NCBI GenBank assembly: GCA_964486045.1
Contig: CAZALK010000001.1
Span: forward strand, 64,001 to 128,000
Length of the DNA: 64,000 nt
Direction of reading: 5' to 3'
Origin: an uncultured archaeon
GTDB lineage: Archaea; Asgardarchaeota; Lokiarchaeia; Sigyniarchaeales; SOKP01
Shown here: one piece after another, positions 38,177 to 48,985 of the stretch
How positions within the stretch are numbered: the stretch's first letter is position 1
Layout: each line of letters starts with the position of its first letter
Notes under the pieces: generated by a model
Told to the model about the DNA's origin: nothing
The model's database searches: none
Seen by the model: the letters and a program-made list of their open reading frames with translations, nothing else
Position numbers and translations under genes: made by a program

Positions 38177-40507
38177 TTAGTGCAAATCCTTATTGATCAG
38201 ATTACCTAACAAAGATAATGCTCCTTGTTTATCTAATGGTTCGTTTGAGTTACCACATTTTGGAGACATAATGCATGCTGGACAACCATTCTTTGTTCTA
38301 CAACTACATGATTTAATTAACTTAAAAGCCATTAATATTAGTTCATTTAAGTTAAAATAAAGTGATTCTGAAACCCCAATGCCACCTCTATAAGCATCAT
38401 AGATATAGATTATTGGCTGTTGCTTAATAGGATCGAAATCTATTGAAACTCCACCTAAATCCCAACGAGATATCTGGGCTAGTGCTGGAGCCATCGCAAT
38501 CATCGCATGTTCAATAGCATGAATGGTTCCTCCTAAATCATATCCGTTCAATTCTAATTCTTTTTGAGATTCAAATGGAATTGTGAACCATACGGCTTGT
38601 GATTCAAATCTTATGATTGGGATATCCTCAAGTGGATGCCTTGAGCGGATCTCTTGAGTTAAAGTGTCAACAACTTTGTAGGAATAATATTCATACTCTA
38701 CTTTCACTTTTCCAAAAAACGAGGTTATTTTATCATCCTCTCCTGCTACACCTTGATAAATTACTTCAAGAGGAGTAATGTCCGTATGCTTTAAAGATTG
38801 AGTATAATAATCCACATTTTTTTTAGAAAGATATACCATTCTCTCTTCCATATCGAGATCTTCCACTAGATATGATTCAGTTTCGTAAAGATAAACTGCA
38901 CCGGGGTGTAAATCTCGATACACAAAGCTATCACCTTCAACAGTTAATAGTTGTTCACCAAATTCAGTTCTTAGCATAACTTTGAAACTTTTAGCAGAAA
39001 GATCATTTAATCCATACTTTTCATTTGGAAAAAAATCACTATTCCAATAATACCGATCTCCCCTCTTCATGAGCAACGATTCTGAAACCAATTCTTCTAG
39101 GCATCCCAAAAAGTAATTTTTATCCGGGACTCCAAATTTCTCATATTCATCGATTTTAATAGGAATCTCCTTAGACGCACAGCAGAGGTGGTTCTTAGTA
39201 ATATATTTATTATTTAATGTAATCAGAGCTTCTTCTTGAATGGGTCCAAATAGTTGATCAGGATTATGAATGTAAAATAAATCTAATGGATCTGCCATAG
39301 GTATCAGAGTTGAGATGGAGAGATCAGTCCCCCTTCCAGAACGACCAATTTGCTGTTTGAAGCTTGAAATTGTCCCAGGGAAACCAGAGCTTATTGTAGC
39401 ATCTAGAGAACCGATGTCAATTCCTAATTCAAGAGCATTGGTAGAACTTACGCCTAATATTTTTCGGCTTTTGAAGCCTTGTTCTATCTCTCTTCTTTTC
39501 TTTTTGCTAATGCCGGCTCGATAACTGAAAATTTTATCCTTTATGATTGGAAGAGCTTTTCTTGTCCAAATTGCCTGCAATTCAGCCATTTTTCTAGATA
39601 ATGTAAAAGTTAATGTTTGTAATCCACCTTTGAATCTTAAATGGCTATTAAATAGGTTTTTGGTTTCCTGATGGGGTGAACGATATTTTTTTGAAATAGT
39701 GTCATAAGGTAAGTCCCATAAAATAACTTTCTTAACTCCTGAAGGGGAATCATCTCGATCTATAACCTCAAATGTTTCTCCAACTAATTTTTCACTAAAT
39801 TCTTTGGGATTATAAATAGTAGCACTGGATAAAATCCACTGTGGTTCTACATTGAAAGCGTCAAGCATTCTTTTAAATCTTCTGAGAAGGAGTGCAAAAT
39901 TTGAACCAAAAATACCGCGATATATGTGAATCTCATCTAGAACGACATATTTCAAATTCTTGCATATCCGACTCCATCTCTTTTTAAAACTTGGCAAATA
40001 GAAATGAAGCCCATAAGGGTTAGTTATAATAATATTAGCATTGTTTAAGACGAACCTCTTTTCATTCGCATCTATATCCCCATCATAAACTCCAATTCTA
40101 TTTTGTTTTATATTAGTATCTGTTAATAACTGAGATAAGACAGTGAATTGATCTCTCGCTAAGGCTTTAGTTGGAAAAATATAAATAGCCGTTGTTTTTG
40201 GGTTCTCTAAGATTGACTGTACTACAGGAAGATTATAACAGAGTGATTTCCCAGATGCTGTAGAAGTTACAATAACTGTATTCTTCTCTTTACGAATTAA
40301 ATTTATTGCATCTGTCTGATGACGCCACAGATTTAAATGATTATTATCTAACCAACGTTGAAGTCGTTTTCTTAATGGCTCCTCTAATTCACCATATTGA
40401 GCTTTTTTTTGGGGAATATGCTCAATATGATAAATCTGATTGGAATAATAATCTTGAGACTTAATATAGCGTAAAAAATCTTCGAATTCAACCATAGATA
40501 GTTTCAA
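38177..40507 (-). CDS. DEAD/DEAH helicase with DUF1998 (Hrq1/MrfA type)
   Basis: TASGKS, PTKALARDQ, DEIH, SAT, LELGIDIG, QQIGRSGR; C-terminal CSC...GCPAC...C. Confidence 0.93.
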   Translation of the reverse strand: MKLSMVEFEDFLRYIKSQDYYSNQIYHIEHIPQKKAQYGELEEPLRKRLQRWLDNNHLNLWRHQTDAINLIRKEKNTVIVTSTASGKSLCYNLPVVQSILENPKTTAIYIFPTKALARDQFTVLSQLLTDTNIKQNRIGVYDGDIDANEKRFVLNNANIIITNPYGLHFYLPSFKKRWSRICKNLKYVVLDEIHIYRGIFGSNFALLLRRFKRMLDAFNVEPQWILSSATIYNPKEFSEKLVGETFEVIDRDDSPSGVKKVILWDLPYDTISKKYRSPHQETKNLFNSHLRFKGGLQTLTFTLSRKMAELQAIWTRKALPIIKDKIFSYRAGISKKKRREIEQGFKSRKILGVSSTNALELGIDIGSLDATISSGFPGTISSFKQQIGRSGRGTDLSISTLIPMADPLDLFYIHNPDQLFGPIQEEALITLNNKYITKNHLCCASKEIPIKIDEYEKFGVPDKNYFLGCLEELVSESLLMKRGDRYYWNSDFFPNEKYGLNDLSAKSFKVMLRTEFGEQLLTVEGDSFVYRDLHPGAVYLYETESYLVEDLDMEERMVYLSKKNVDYYTQSLKHTDITPLEVIYQGVAGEDDKITSFFGKVKVEYEYYSYKVVDTLTQEIRSRHPLEDIPIIRFESQAVWFTIPFESQKELELNGYDLGGTIHAIEHAMIAMAPALAQISRWDLGGVSIDFDPIKQQPIIYIYDAYRGGIGVSESLYFNLNELILMAFKLIKSCSCRTKNGCPACIMSPKCGNSNEPLDKQGALSLLGNLINKDLH

Positions 40508-40790
40508 TACCTATAATGCGCAATCTCAATTAAAAATTTCAATGGGAATAGATTTATTCATTTATCTAAGACTCTAACCTTACCATCTATAGATATCATC
40601 CTAAGCCTAATCTTTTTTAATAGTTACACTTTAATGCTAAAGATTTATTTCAATGAGTTTTAAAATCAAACCTAATCTTTTAGTTTTATGAATCGTTCAT
40701 TAAACTCTTAAAACTTTTTAACAATCTTTTAACAACCTTTTTATAAAATAAAATCAAATTTAAATAAGCAAATTACCTTTCCTAGTACAC

Positions 40791-41798
40791 ATGCTTGATT
40801 CTGAATGGAATAAAGTTGATTATGATAAATTCGTAGAATCCTATAATAATGAAATCATAGTTGATTCTGCACCAATCATACTTTATTCAAAAAAGGATAA
40901 AGAACATGAAGCTTTTACCTCATTAATAGCCTTCTTTTTCATTACTGGGTTTTTACTCATTTATATAGCTGTATCTTACTTTATGGCATCAATTTTTTTT
41001 AGTCTTCCTGTTTTTATTATTCTCATTGTAATTGGGGCAATCAGTGCTGTTCTTCTTATGGTCAATTATCTTAAAACTAATATTTTTATCAAGCCGTTAG
41101 AATGTTGGTTTGAAGTCTTTGAAGGAAAACCTAAAAATGGGACTCGTTTCTACTGTCTATCATACTATCCAATATTTACGGGTATGTGCCATCCAAACAA
41201 AGTAAAAAATGTGGTTTACAAAATTTACCAAGAGCAGGTTTTAAAAAGTAAAATTTCCATCTCCCAAATTGAAATTTATATTAAGATGGATCAAATAAAT
41301 AAAAAAATCACTGAAAAAATTGGCTATTTCATCCAATATGGAGAAGGTAGTCCATTTACTAATGAAAGCATTGAGCAAACATCTTGGAAATTTTTTCCTT
41401 ATGATAAATCAAAAAAAGAGAATTTTCTTGCTATAGCTAATTGGATACATCAATATGAGTGGAGAGATGATCTTGAATACGATTTTGACAAATTACACGA
41501 ATATGCTCCTTGGATAATTCAGAGATGGGATGAACTTAATTTAAAACCCTTGACCGATGATTTTAAAGAAAAAATTAATTGGCCTTTAAGAAATATTGAG
41601 GTTTTTCCGAAATTAAAGCCATGGGAAGAAGAATTTGAGCTACAGATTTATAGTAACCCAAAAGCTTATGAAGACCTTACAATAGTAAATAAAGCATTAG
41701 AAAAATTTATTGGTCCGGAAAAAAACGTCGAAAAAATAAGAGAAGTTAAAGATAAACTAATGTTGATTAAAACATATTTTAGAGATTTAAATTCTTAA
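40791..41798 (+). CDS. Hypothetical membrane protein
   Basis: Two TM helices near the N-terminus followed by a ~240-aa soluble domain. Confidence 0.7.
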   Translation: MLDSEWNKVDYDKFVESYNNEIIVDSAPIILYSKKDKEHEAFTSLIAFFFITGFLLIYIAVSYFMASIFFSLPVFIILIVIGAISAVLLMVNYLKTNIFIKPLECWFEVFEGKPKNGTRFYCLSYYPIFTGMCHPNKVKNVVYKIYQEQVLKSKISISQIEIYIKMDQINKKITEKIGYFIQYGEGSPFTNESIEQTSWKFFPYDKSKKENFLAIANWIHQYEWRDDLEYDFDKLHEYAPWIIQRWDELNLKPLTDDFKEKINWPLRNIEVFPKLKPWEEEFELQIYSNPKAYEDLTIVNKALEKFIGPEKNVEKIREVKDKLMLIKTYFRDLNS

Positions 41799-41925
41799 AC
41801 ACTGTTTTTACAACTACCTCATATAAATAGAGTCACTACTTTATTATTTATAATTTCAATAAAAATCTTAGATAATAAATATAAAAATACTTATCAAATA
41901 AGCAAAAAAAGAGGTAAGAGTAAAA

Positions 41926-43326
41926 TTGGAACTATTACAGAATGTTACCAACATTGAAATTCCAACTAATAAGATATCCTATGACAAGAAGACTAATGTA
42001 TTTTCTGTAGAAATATTAAATTTCATGTTTGTAGGAATTTATAAGAAATCTGTGAGAATAAGCAAAATTCTGGATGATATTTTCGCTTCCTTAGGAGATA
42101 TTCCATTTGAACGTGATGACGTTTATTTCTTAGATTATACTACACAAATTAAAATTCATGGAAATACAAAATTAAAAAACTTAGATCTCTTAGGTAAAAA
42201 GAAGCTTGAAAAACAGAAGGGAAAAAGGGGAAAAAAGGCAAAGGAAAGTACACCTACAAAATTCAAAGAAATATTGGAGGCTGAAGAGGAAGATTTTGAT
42301 GAAGATATGATTGGGTTAGCTTCAGTCGGAAAGGATGTTAAATTTGAAGATGAAGAAGCTATGGAAGAGGGGGGTTTAATGAGAGATGAACGAGAAAAAC
42401 GAGATGTTGCAAGAAAAGTAGAATCCCCAAAAGCCAAGAAAAAGTCTATGCCCCCTGCTCCAGGAGGTGGAGCATTAATAGAGCCTTCTGAACCTATAGT
42501 ATCTGAATCTAAACCAGCAGAACCAGCAGCGCCACCGCCCCCATCTTCTGATGCATATGGAGGAGTTAGAACTCCCTCACCGGAGAAACCTACACTTTCG
42601 ACTACCGAAGCCGAAGTACCTCAAACTACAGTTTATGATATTAATATGGGGCTCCAATATTTTTCAGTCATGATGGAGAAAAGAAGCTATCTGTTTTATG
42701 TATATTTTTCACATGAGGAATTGAAAATACTGGACGAGGAGGGGAAAACGATTTACAAAACGACTATTAAAATAGTGACAACAAAGAAAGAACCTCCTGT
42801 TTTAGATCTCAAAATTGAAGGAGAAGGATTTGAAGCTCATCCCCTATTTGGAAAAGTCGAAGTTAGCAAAGATGCTGTAAATCCCCCGGTTATGATTTTC
42901 TCGATAATGCCATTGAAATCTAAAGAAAAAAAAAAGAAAAAAAAAGAACATGAAAGAAGATTTTTAAATGTGTATATCGAGTTTGAAGAGAAAATAATTA
43001 GCCATACAATTCTTTCAATAATAGTGCAACCTAAATTTTTCCGTCTTGATATTGGCCCTTTAAATTTGAACCTTAGTAAAGGAACTGCATTTATAATTTC
43101 CTTTATTTCTATTTTAATCGCTGGAATTTCATTAGTTTGGATATTACTTTCCTTAAATCCTTCTTCAGGCTTTATGGATTACCTGGGTGGATTAGTACCC
43201 GGCTTAGGTTCGATAATATTTATAGTTATTTTCTTATATACGCTACTAAAAGAGGGAATTTATCCTCTTAAAGAAAAGATTAGTGCTTTCTTAAATTTTG
43301 ATCAGTCCGGTGTACTTATAAAATAA
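41926..43326 (+). CDS. Hypothetical protein with disordered acidic/Pro-rich middle and two C-terminal TM helices
   Basis: EEEDFDED..PPAPGGG..AAPPPPSS low-complexity region and C-terminal hydrophobic hairpin. Confidence 0.7.
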   Translation: MELLQNVTNIEIPTNKISYDKKTNVFSVEILNFMFVGIYKKSVRISKILDDIFASLGDIPFERDDVYFLDYTTQIKIHGNTKLKNLDLLGKKKLEKQKGKRGKKAKESTPTKFKEILEAEEEDFDEDMIGLASVGKDVKFEDEEAMEEGGLMRDEREKRDVARKVESPKAKKKSMPPAPGGGALIEPSEPIVSESKPAEPAAPPPPSSDAYGGVRTPSPEKPTLSTTEAEVPQTTVYDINMGLQYFSVMMEKRSYLFYVYFSHEELKILDEEGKTIYKTTIKIVTTKKEPPVLDLKIEGEGFEAHPLFGKVEVSKDAVNPPVMIFSIMPLKSKEKKKKKKEHERRFLNVYIEFEEKIISHTILSIIVQPKFFRLDIGPLNLNLSKGTAFIISFISILIAGISLVWILLSLNPSSGFMDYLGGLVPGLGSIIFIVIFLYTLLKEGIYPLKEKISAFLNFDQSGVLIK

Positions 43327-43331
43327 ACTCT

Positions 43332-44237
43332 TTATAATCTTTCCTTTATTTTTTTTAAATCATCCCAAAATTTCATTTTGTTTTTGCTTAAATCCTTTTT
43401 TCTTAGCTTTACAAAGTACAAAAGTCTTTTAGCTATAAAGGGATAATCATTAATTCTTAATGATTTTATTAACCCAGCAGATTCTGCTTTATCAATCATA
43501 ATTTCACTCATAATACCAATATAATTAGAATCACTTACTGTTGTTATAATTGAATCATTGTTATTTATTTCTAGCTCAAAATTTAATTTTTTATAGTCTG
43601 GAAATTGTTGGGTGAATGTTTCTCTCATTCCTGAACCCTTTTCTCTCCACACAAAAGGATATTTTATAAGTTCTTGAAAATCCACCATATTGGGATCTTT
43701 AACTAATTCATGAGAAGGAGAGCAAATAAATTTGATTTCTTCTTCACCAATTGTGATGCAATCGAAATCCTTCTCATTATAATTCATAAAACTACCAATA
43801 CCCGCAAAATCAGCCATCCCCTTTTTTAAGTTTTCAATAGATTTCTTGGAATTGTTAATTATTATTTTAAAGTTTACATGTGAGTTTTTACTTCTGAATT
43901 CTGTAATATAACGTGGTAAAATATGTGAACCTGGAATTGTTGAAGCAGATATGATAATGTTTTCGAGAATAAAATCTTGAGATTTGGCAATTTCTAATTT
44001 GCATTTATCATATAAATCGATTATCTGTCGAGCATTTTCAAGTAATGTAGCTCCTGCTTTAGTTAATTCAAATTTTTTTGTGGACCGATCAATAAGGACA
44101 ACCCCACCAAAATCTTTTTCTAACTGGAAAATTTGGTGTGATATGGTACTCTGAGAGAGAGGAAGCTCCTTTGCAAGTCTCGAGAAACTTTTATATTGAG
44201 TTAACATGATAAAGTTTCTTAAATATTCAATATTCAT
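43332..44237 (-). CDS. LysR-family transcriptional regulator
   Basis: HTH SFSRLAKEL.LSQSTISHQIFQLE..LIDRST..LT.AG; ASTIPG..ILP; REKGSG.R. Confidence 0.93.
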   Translation of the reverse strand: MNIEYLRNFIMLTQYKSFSRLAKELPLSQSTISHQIFQLEKDFGGVVLIDRSTKKFELTKAGATLLENARQIIDLYDKCKLEIAKSQDFILENIIISASTIPGSHILPRYITEFRSKNSHVNFKIIINNSKKSIENLKKGMADFAGIGSFMNYNEKDFDCITIGEEEIKFICSPSHELVKDPNMVDFQELIKYPFVWREKGSGMRETFTQQFPDYKKLNFELEINNNDSIITTVSDSNYIGIMSEIMIDKAESAGLIKSLRINDYPFIAKRLLYFVKLRKKDLSKNKMKFWDDLKKIKERL

Positions 44238-44418
44238 ACTTTTAATCCACTTTAATTAAATTTTTCATGATAACATGATAGTATTCTTATAATATACAGT
44301 TATTAAACTATTTTTATTTATCGATTTTTTTAATAAACCATTACGAAAAAATTAATAAATCTCATATTGTTTATTCAATCAAAGTAAACAATACAACTAT
44401 ATCAAAATTTGGATATTT

Positions 44419-44781
44419 ATGATGAGCGAAAAAAAAAAAACTTTTACTATCATCATCGCAGATGGTCCATATACAAAAGAGCGACCTTTTACAATGCTAC
44501 GATTTGCTTACACCGCATTATTAGAGGATCATAAAATCAATATATTTCTAGTTGAAGATGGGATTTTTGTTGGAAAAAAGAATCAAGATCCCGCAGCTTA
44601 CGAAAATGTTGGAAAATGGATGAAAGATGTAATCGCTGAAGGTGCAACCGTGAAAGCATGCGGTGTTTGTATGAAAGCGCGTGGAGTAGCCGAAGAAGAG
44701 TTAATTGATAACATTAAGAAAACAACTATGAATGGATTAGTTGAAATGTGTGCAGAATCAGATAATGTCCTATTTAGTTAA
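44419..44781 (+). CDS. DsrE/DsrF-family sulfur relay protein
   Basis: DGPY, IFLVEDGI, ACGVCMKARG. Confidence 0.88.
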   Translation: MMSEKKKTFTIIIADGPYTKERPFTMLRFAYTALLEDHKINIFLVEDGIFVGKKNQDPAAYENVGKWMKDVIAEGATVKACGVCMKARGVAEEELIDNIKKTTMNGLVEMCAESDNVLFS

Positions 44782-44803
44782 ATAAAGTGAGGATTAATTA
44801 AAA

Positions 44804-45031
44804 ATGGGAGACTCGCGTAAATTAGACTGTTCTGGACTCGTTTGTCCAATGCCAGTGGCAAAGACAAAAAGAAAACTGCGTGAAATGGAGAGTGGAGAAA
44901 CAATTGAAGTTACCGGAGACTTCGCAGAAGCAGGTGAAAATATAAAGCGGTACATAGAAAAACATGGTGATAAACTTCTAACATTTAAAGTTGATGGCGA
45001 GAATTACTACTTGAAAATTGAGAAAGCATAA
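44804..45031 (+). CDS. tusA: TusA-family sulfurtransferase
   Basis: LDCSGLVCPMP motif, 75 aa. Confidence 0.88.
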   Translation: MGDSRKLDCSGLVCPMPVAKTKRKLREMESGETIEVTGDFAEAGENIKRYIEKHGDKLLTFKVDGENYYLKIEKA

Positions 45032-45254
45032 AGAAGATTTTTTCAGATAAATCACTTTATATTTTTAATATTTTTTTTACGATTTTTGAAATAAAAAGAG
45101 CATATTAAAATTTTAATTTTAAATTCTATTCCTAATGACTAGGTTCATTAGTTTTATGGAGTACTTAGTATTTCTATAAATACTAAAGTTTATTTAAAAA
45201 ATGGTTTTATAAGAATATTAATTAACGCACAATAGTAAATTTTTTACAATAACA

Positions 45255-45914
45255 GTGGTGTGTTCGCAATATTTGAATGCTAATGAAATTTTGGAAAAAT
45301 TAAGAAGAACAATTATAGAGGGAATCCCAGAAGATGCAATTGACTTAGTTAATAAATCTTTAGAAGCTAAGGTTGATCCCAAACAAATACTAAATGACGC
45401 TATATTAAAAGGAGCGGAAGAAGTTGGATTAAAATATGAAAACGGGGAATTTTTTCTTGCTGATATGTTATTAGCTGCAGATGCTATTAACGATTCTATG
45501 GATATTATTAGACCAAAGTTGAAAGAAGGAAAACAAGAAACAATGGGAAAAGTTTTAATTGGGACACCAGAAGGTGACCTTCATGACATTGGTAAAAGTC
45601 TGATCATAGCACTCTTAAATGGAAGAGGAGTCGATGTAATTGATTTGGGAGTTGATATCCCTCCTGAAGAATTTCTAGATGCTGCTAAAAAAGAAAATCC
45701 AGATGTAATAGGATTAAGTGGTTTATTAACCGTTTCCATTTCTAAAATGATAGAAACAGTAATGCTACTCAAAGATGAAGGAATAAAAGCAAAAATTATT
45801 GTAGGTGGAGGTATTCTTTCAGAAGAATCATGTAAAAAGATAAATGCTGATGCTTGGGCTAAAGATGGATGGGAAGGGGTAAAGAAAATCATAAAATTAT
45901 TAGAGGGAGAATAA
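45255..45914 (+). CDS. Corrinoid (B12-binding) methyltransferase cognate protein
   Basis: B12 cap domain, GDLHDIGK (DxHxxG), DLGVD, GLSGL, VGGG. Confidence 0.92.
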   Translation: MVCSQYLNANEILEKLRRTIIEGIPEDAIDLVNKSLEAKVDPKQILNDAILKGAEEVGLKYENGEFFLADMLLAADAINDSMDIIRPKLKEGKQETMGKVLIGTPEGDLHDIGKSLIIALLNGRGVDVIDLGVDIPPEEFLDAAKKENPDVIGLSGLLTVSISKMIETVMLLKDEGIKAKIIVGGGILSEESCKKINADAWAKDGWEGVKKIIKLLEGE

Positions 45915-45915
45915 A

Positions 45916-46992
45916 TTGCCATATGATTGGGATGCATCAAGAAAGAGAATCATCGGAACATTTTTTGGGACCAATAAAATTGATAGAGTTCCTTATTTTC
46001 CATTAGCTTGTGAAGAAATTATATGTCGAATAACAGGTAAAACTTATAGAGAAATCATAGCTTCTCCAAAAAATTATGCAAATGCTGCTATTACAACATT
46101 TGAATTTTTAAAAGCGGATACAATTTCGATTCCAACTGCTTATGCCGGTCCGGGAGAAGCATTGGCTTTTGCTGAAGCAAACAATAAAAAGGAATCTATA
46201 AAATGGTTCGATTATAAAGTATTCATGGCAAAGCAAGGGGTTATATGCAAGACAGAAGAGGATATTGATAAACTAGAAATCCCAGATCATAGAAAAATAT
46301 CTGTGTGGGATACAAGTATATCCGCTATTGAAATAATTAATAAAAAAATAGGAATGGGTGGGTTATGCCTTGGAATTTGGTCTGTAGTTCAAGAATTAAG
46401 AGGTGTACAAGCTTATAGAGACATGCGTCGTAATCCGGATTTATTATTAAAATTATGCGAAAAAGTGTATGAATCACAGATGGATATCCTTAATTTTTAC
46501 CGTGAAAAAGTAGGAGGTGTTGGAATAATTTTCTTTACTGGTTATTCTTTTAACAAACATATGATGAGTTTCGAGGACGCAATGAAATTTGAGGGACAAT
46601 TTATTAAAAGAATCCAAAAAGAAACGAAAGCCGGTATAATTCTCCATAATTGTGGCACGACTCCTTATTTCAATGAAGTTTGTGATGAAATAGATTTATT
46701 AGCTGTGAATGGTTCCCATCCTTTAAATATTGAATATTGGGTAAATTTTAAAGAAAAATTCCCAAATGTGACAATTATAGGTGCAAATATTGATGTTAGT
46801 CGAGAATTACTAAATGGTTCTCCTCAAGATGTTGAAAATAAAGTAAAAGAAAACATCAAGAATTTAGCTACTGGTGGAAAATATGTAGTTGGACCTATTT
46901 GTTGCCTTCCGTGGGGTGTCTCATTAAAAAATATTATGACAATACCAAAAGCGATAAAAAAATGGGGGACATACCCTCTAAATTTTAATTAA
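45916..46992 (+). CDS. Uroporphyrinogen decarboxylase-fold methyltransferase (MtaA/CmuA-like)
   Basis: DRVP, zinc ligands LHNCG and GPICC; 1 nt after the corrinoid gene. Confidence 0.8.
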   Translation: MPYDWDASRKRIIGTFFGTNKIDRVPYFPLACEEIICRITGKTYREIIASPKNYANAAITTFEFLKADTISIPTAYAGPGEALAFAEANNKKESIKWFDYKVFMAKQGVICKTEEDIDKLEIPDHRKISVWDTSISAIEIINKKIGMGGLCLGIWSVVQELRGVQAYRDMRRNPDLLLKLCEKVYESQMDILNFYREKVGGVGIIFFTGYSFNKHMMSFEDAMKFEGQFIKRIQKETKAGIILHNCGTTPYFNEVCDEIDLLAVNGSHPLNIEYWVNFKEKFPNVTIIGANIDVSRELLNGSPQDVENKVKENIKNLATGGKYVVGPICCLPWGVSLKNIMTIPKAIKKWGTYPLNFN

Positions 46993-47088
46993 GCAATTTT
47001 AATAAGTAGCTCAGTTAATATTAATCTTCTAAACATTTCTACCACAGAAAATAACAAAGAATAATATGGACCAGAAATTTATATCCTC

Positions 47089-47877
47089 TTAAGGTATTTT
47101 TCGACAGCGAATAATTAAAAACCAAGGAATTATTAGACTATCATAATATCCTGGATATTTCTTAATAGTATCATCATCAGCATAAGGTTCACAAAATCTA
47201 TCTAAGGTGAAACCTTTTTCAATTAATAAATTCAACCATTCAGACAAAGTTCGGGTAAACCTTGGGATTTTGAAGTTTTCCATTTTTGCGGTAATTTCTT
47301 TAGGAGCTGCGGCAAATAACCATTCCTCAAGTTCCCCATTATGATTCTTAAAATAGTCTTTTACAGTAAACCCAATCTTTAACCCTTCTTCACTCCTAAC
47401 CCATTTATGATCAATACCAGAAAAACACGGGTGGAAGAATTGAAAACTGAAAGAATCCTCCTGATTTTATAACCCTATAGGCTTCTTCTATTGCCCTCTC
47501 GTTTTGTGCCATATCCATAAGACTCATCGTAGCTATAGCAAAGTCAAAATAATTATTTGTAAAAGGAAGATTTGTCCCACTAGCTACTTGATATTTGATA
47601 CCTAATGATTCCTTTTCTTCACTTTCTTTTGCATACTTTATAAACACTTTAGAAATATCAATTGCTGAAATTTTTGCTCCTAATTTTGCGGCTAGACGAG
47701 TATTATATCCTTTTCCACATCCAATATCTAATCCTATTAAATTTGTAACGTCAGGTAAAAGTTCAAAAAAAGCTGGGGAATTGATTAAATTTCTACCTCA
47801 TCATACCCCAATCTAGCAAGTTTCGTCCAGTTTTCAGCATTTCTATCCCAAAATTGACCAACTTCTTTATTATCCAA
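47089..47877 (-). pseudogene. Class I SAM-dependent methyltransferase pseudogene (two frameshifts)
   Basis: TTG DNKEVGQFWDRNAENW.., shift near 47795 into LDIGCGKG..AIDIS..LPF..FDFA..MSLMD, shift near 47435 into HPCF..RTLSEWLN..FCEP. Confidence 0.82.
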
Positions 47878-48021
47878 TTGAATCACTAAAATAAATTTTT
47901 AAATAGATTTTACTTTTGCTGAATAAAAAATTCATATTCAATCTTTATTTCAAATTTGATTATAAATAATAAAAAAAAATAAAAAAAAAAGATTTTTCAG
48001 AAAGCTTGGGTTATTTAATTC

Positions 48022-48918
48022 ATGTCTTTACAAAAAATGACTACAAAAAAGTTTATTGAAAAGAAGAATCAAGGTGAAAAATTAGTTACCATAACGGCCT
48101 ATGACTATTCAATAGCTAAGATTGTCGATATGTGTGGGTTTGATTTAATTCTAGTAGGAGATTCACTTTCACATGTAATTCTTGGACATAAAACCACGTT
48201 AAACGTTACGGTGGATGAAATGATCCACCATACTAGAGCAGTTTCTCGGGGTGTATCAAATGCATTATTAGTGGGGGATATGCCGTTTCTTTCATATAAA
48301 GTAGACATAAAAGATGCTGTATATAATGCGGGAAGGTTTATCCAAGAAGGAGGGGCTGAGGCAGTTAAAGTAGAGGGAGGTACAGAGATTTTACCAACTG
48401 TAAAAGCTATTCTTGATGCAGACATTGAAGTCATGGGACATATTGGATTAACTCCTCAAAAAGTTTATCGATTTGGTGGGCATCTAGTCCAAGGAAGAAC
48501 TGTCGATGCAGCAAAGAAGTTAATAATGGATGCAGTTAATTTACAGAATGCGGGTGTATTTTCGATTGTTTTAGAGGGCATACCATGGCAGATTGCGAAG
48601 TTGGTAACAAGCACACTCGATATCCCAACTATAGGAATTGGAGCGGGACAATATTGTGATGGGCAGATCATAATTATTTATGACATGTTAGGGATTTTCA
48701 CAGAATTCAAACCAAAATTTGTTAAACACTTCGGTAATATCGGGGAAGGTATCAAAAATGCCCTAAATTCCTACAAGGATGAGATAGTTAACAATTTATA
48801 TCCAGATATAGCTCATTCCTATGAATATCCCTCAGAAGATTTAAGTGAAATTAATGATTGGTATGAAAAAGGTGAAGTCGAAGAAGAAGCAAAAAGATTA
48901 AAACAAAATTTAGCTTAA
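48022..48918 (+). CDS. panB: 3-methyl-2-oxobutanoate hydroxymethyltransferase
   Basis: TAYDY, LVGDSL, GDMPFLSY, VKVEGG, GHIGLTPQ, PTIGIGAG..CDGQ. Confidence 0.97.
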   Translation: MSLQKMTTKKFIEKKNQGEKLVTITAYDYSIAKIVDMCGFDLILVGDSLSHVILGHKTTLNVTVDEMIHHTRAVSRGVSNALLVGDMPFLSYKVDIKDAVYNAGRFIQEGGAEAVKVEGGTEILPTVKAILDADIEVMGHIGLTPQKVYRFGGHLVQGRTVDAAKKLIMDAVNLQNAGVFSIVLEGIPWQIAKLVTSTLDIPTIGIGAGQYCDGQIIIIYDMLGIFTEFKPKFVKHFGNIGEGIKNALNSYKDEIVNNLYPDIAHSYEYPSEDLSEINDWYEKGEVEEEAKRLKQNLA

Positions 48919-48985
48919 ATTCAATGTGTTTCATTAATTCTTTTTTAATACATTTTCTAAAAAAAACAGACACCCGCACACAGTT

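Noticed and set aside
44300-44360. LysR T-N11-A operator in the lysR-dsrE spacer
   Set aside because: The region is so AT-rich that such matches are expected by chance; no convincing dyad.
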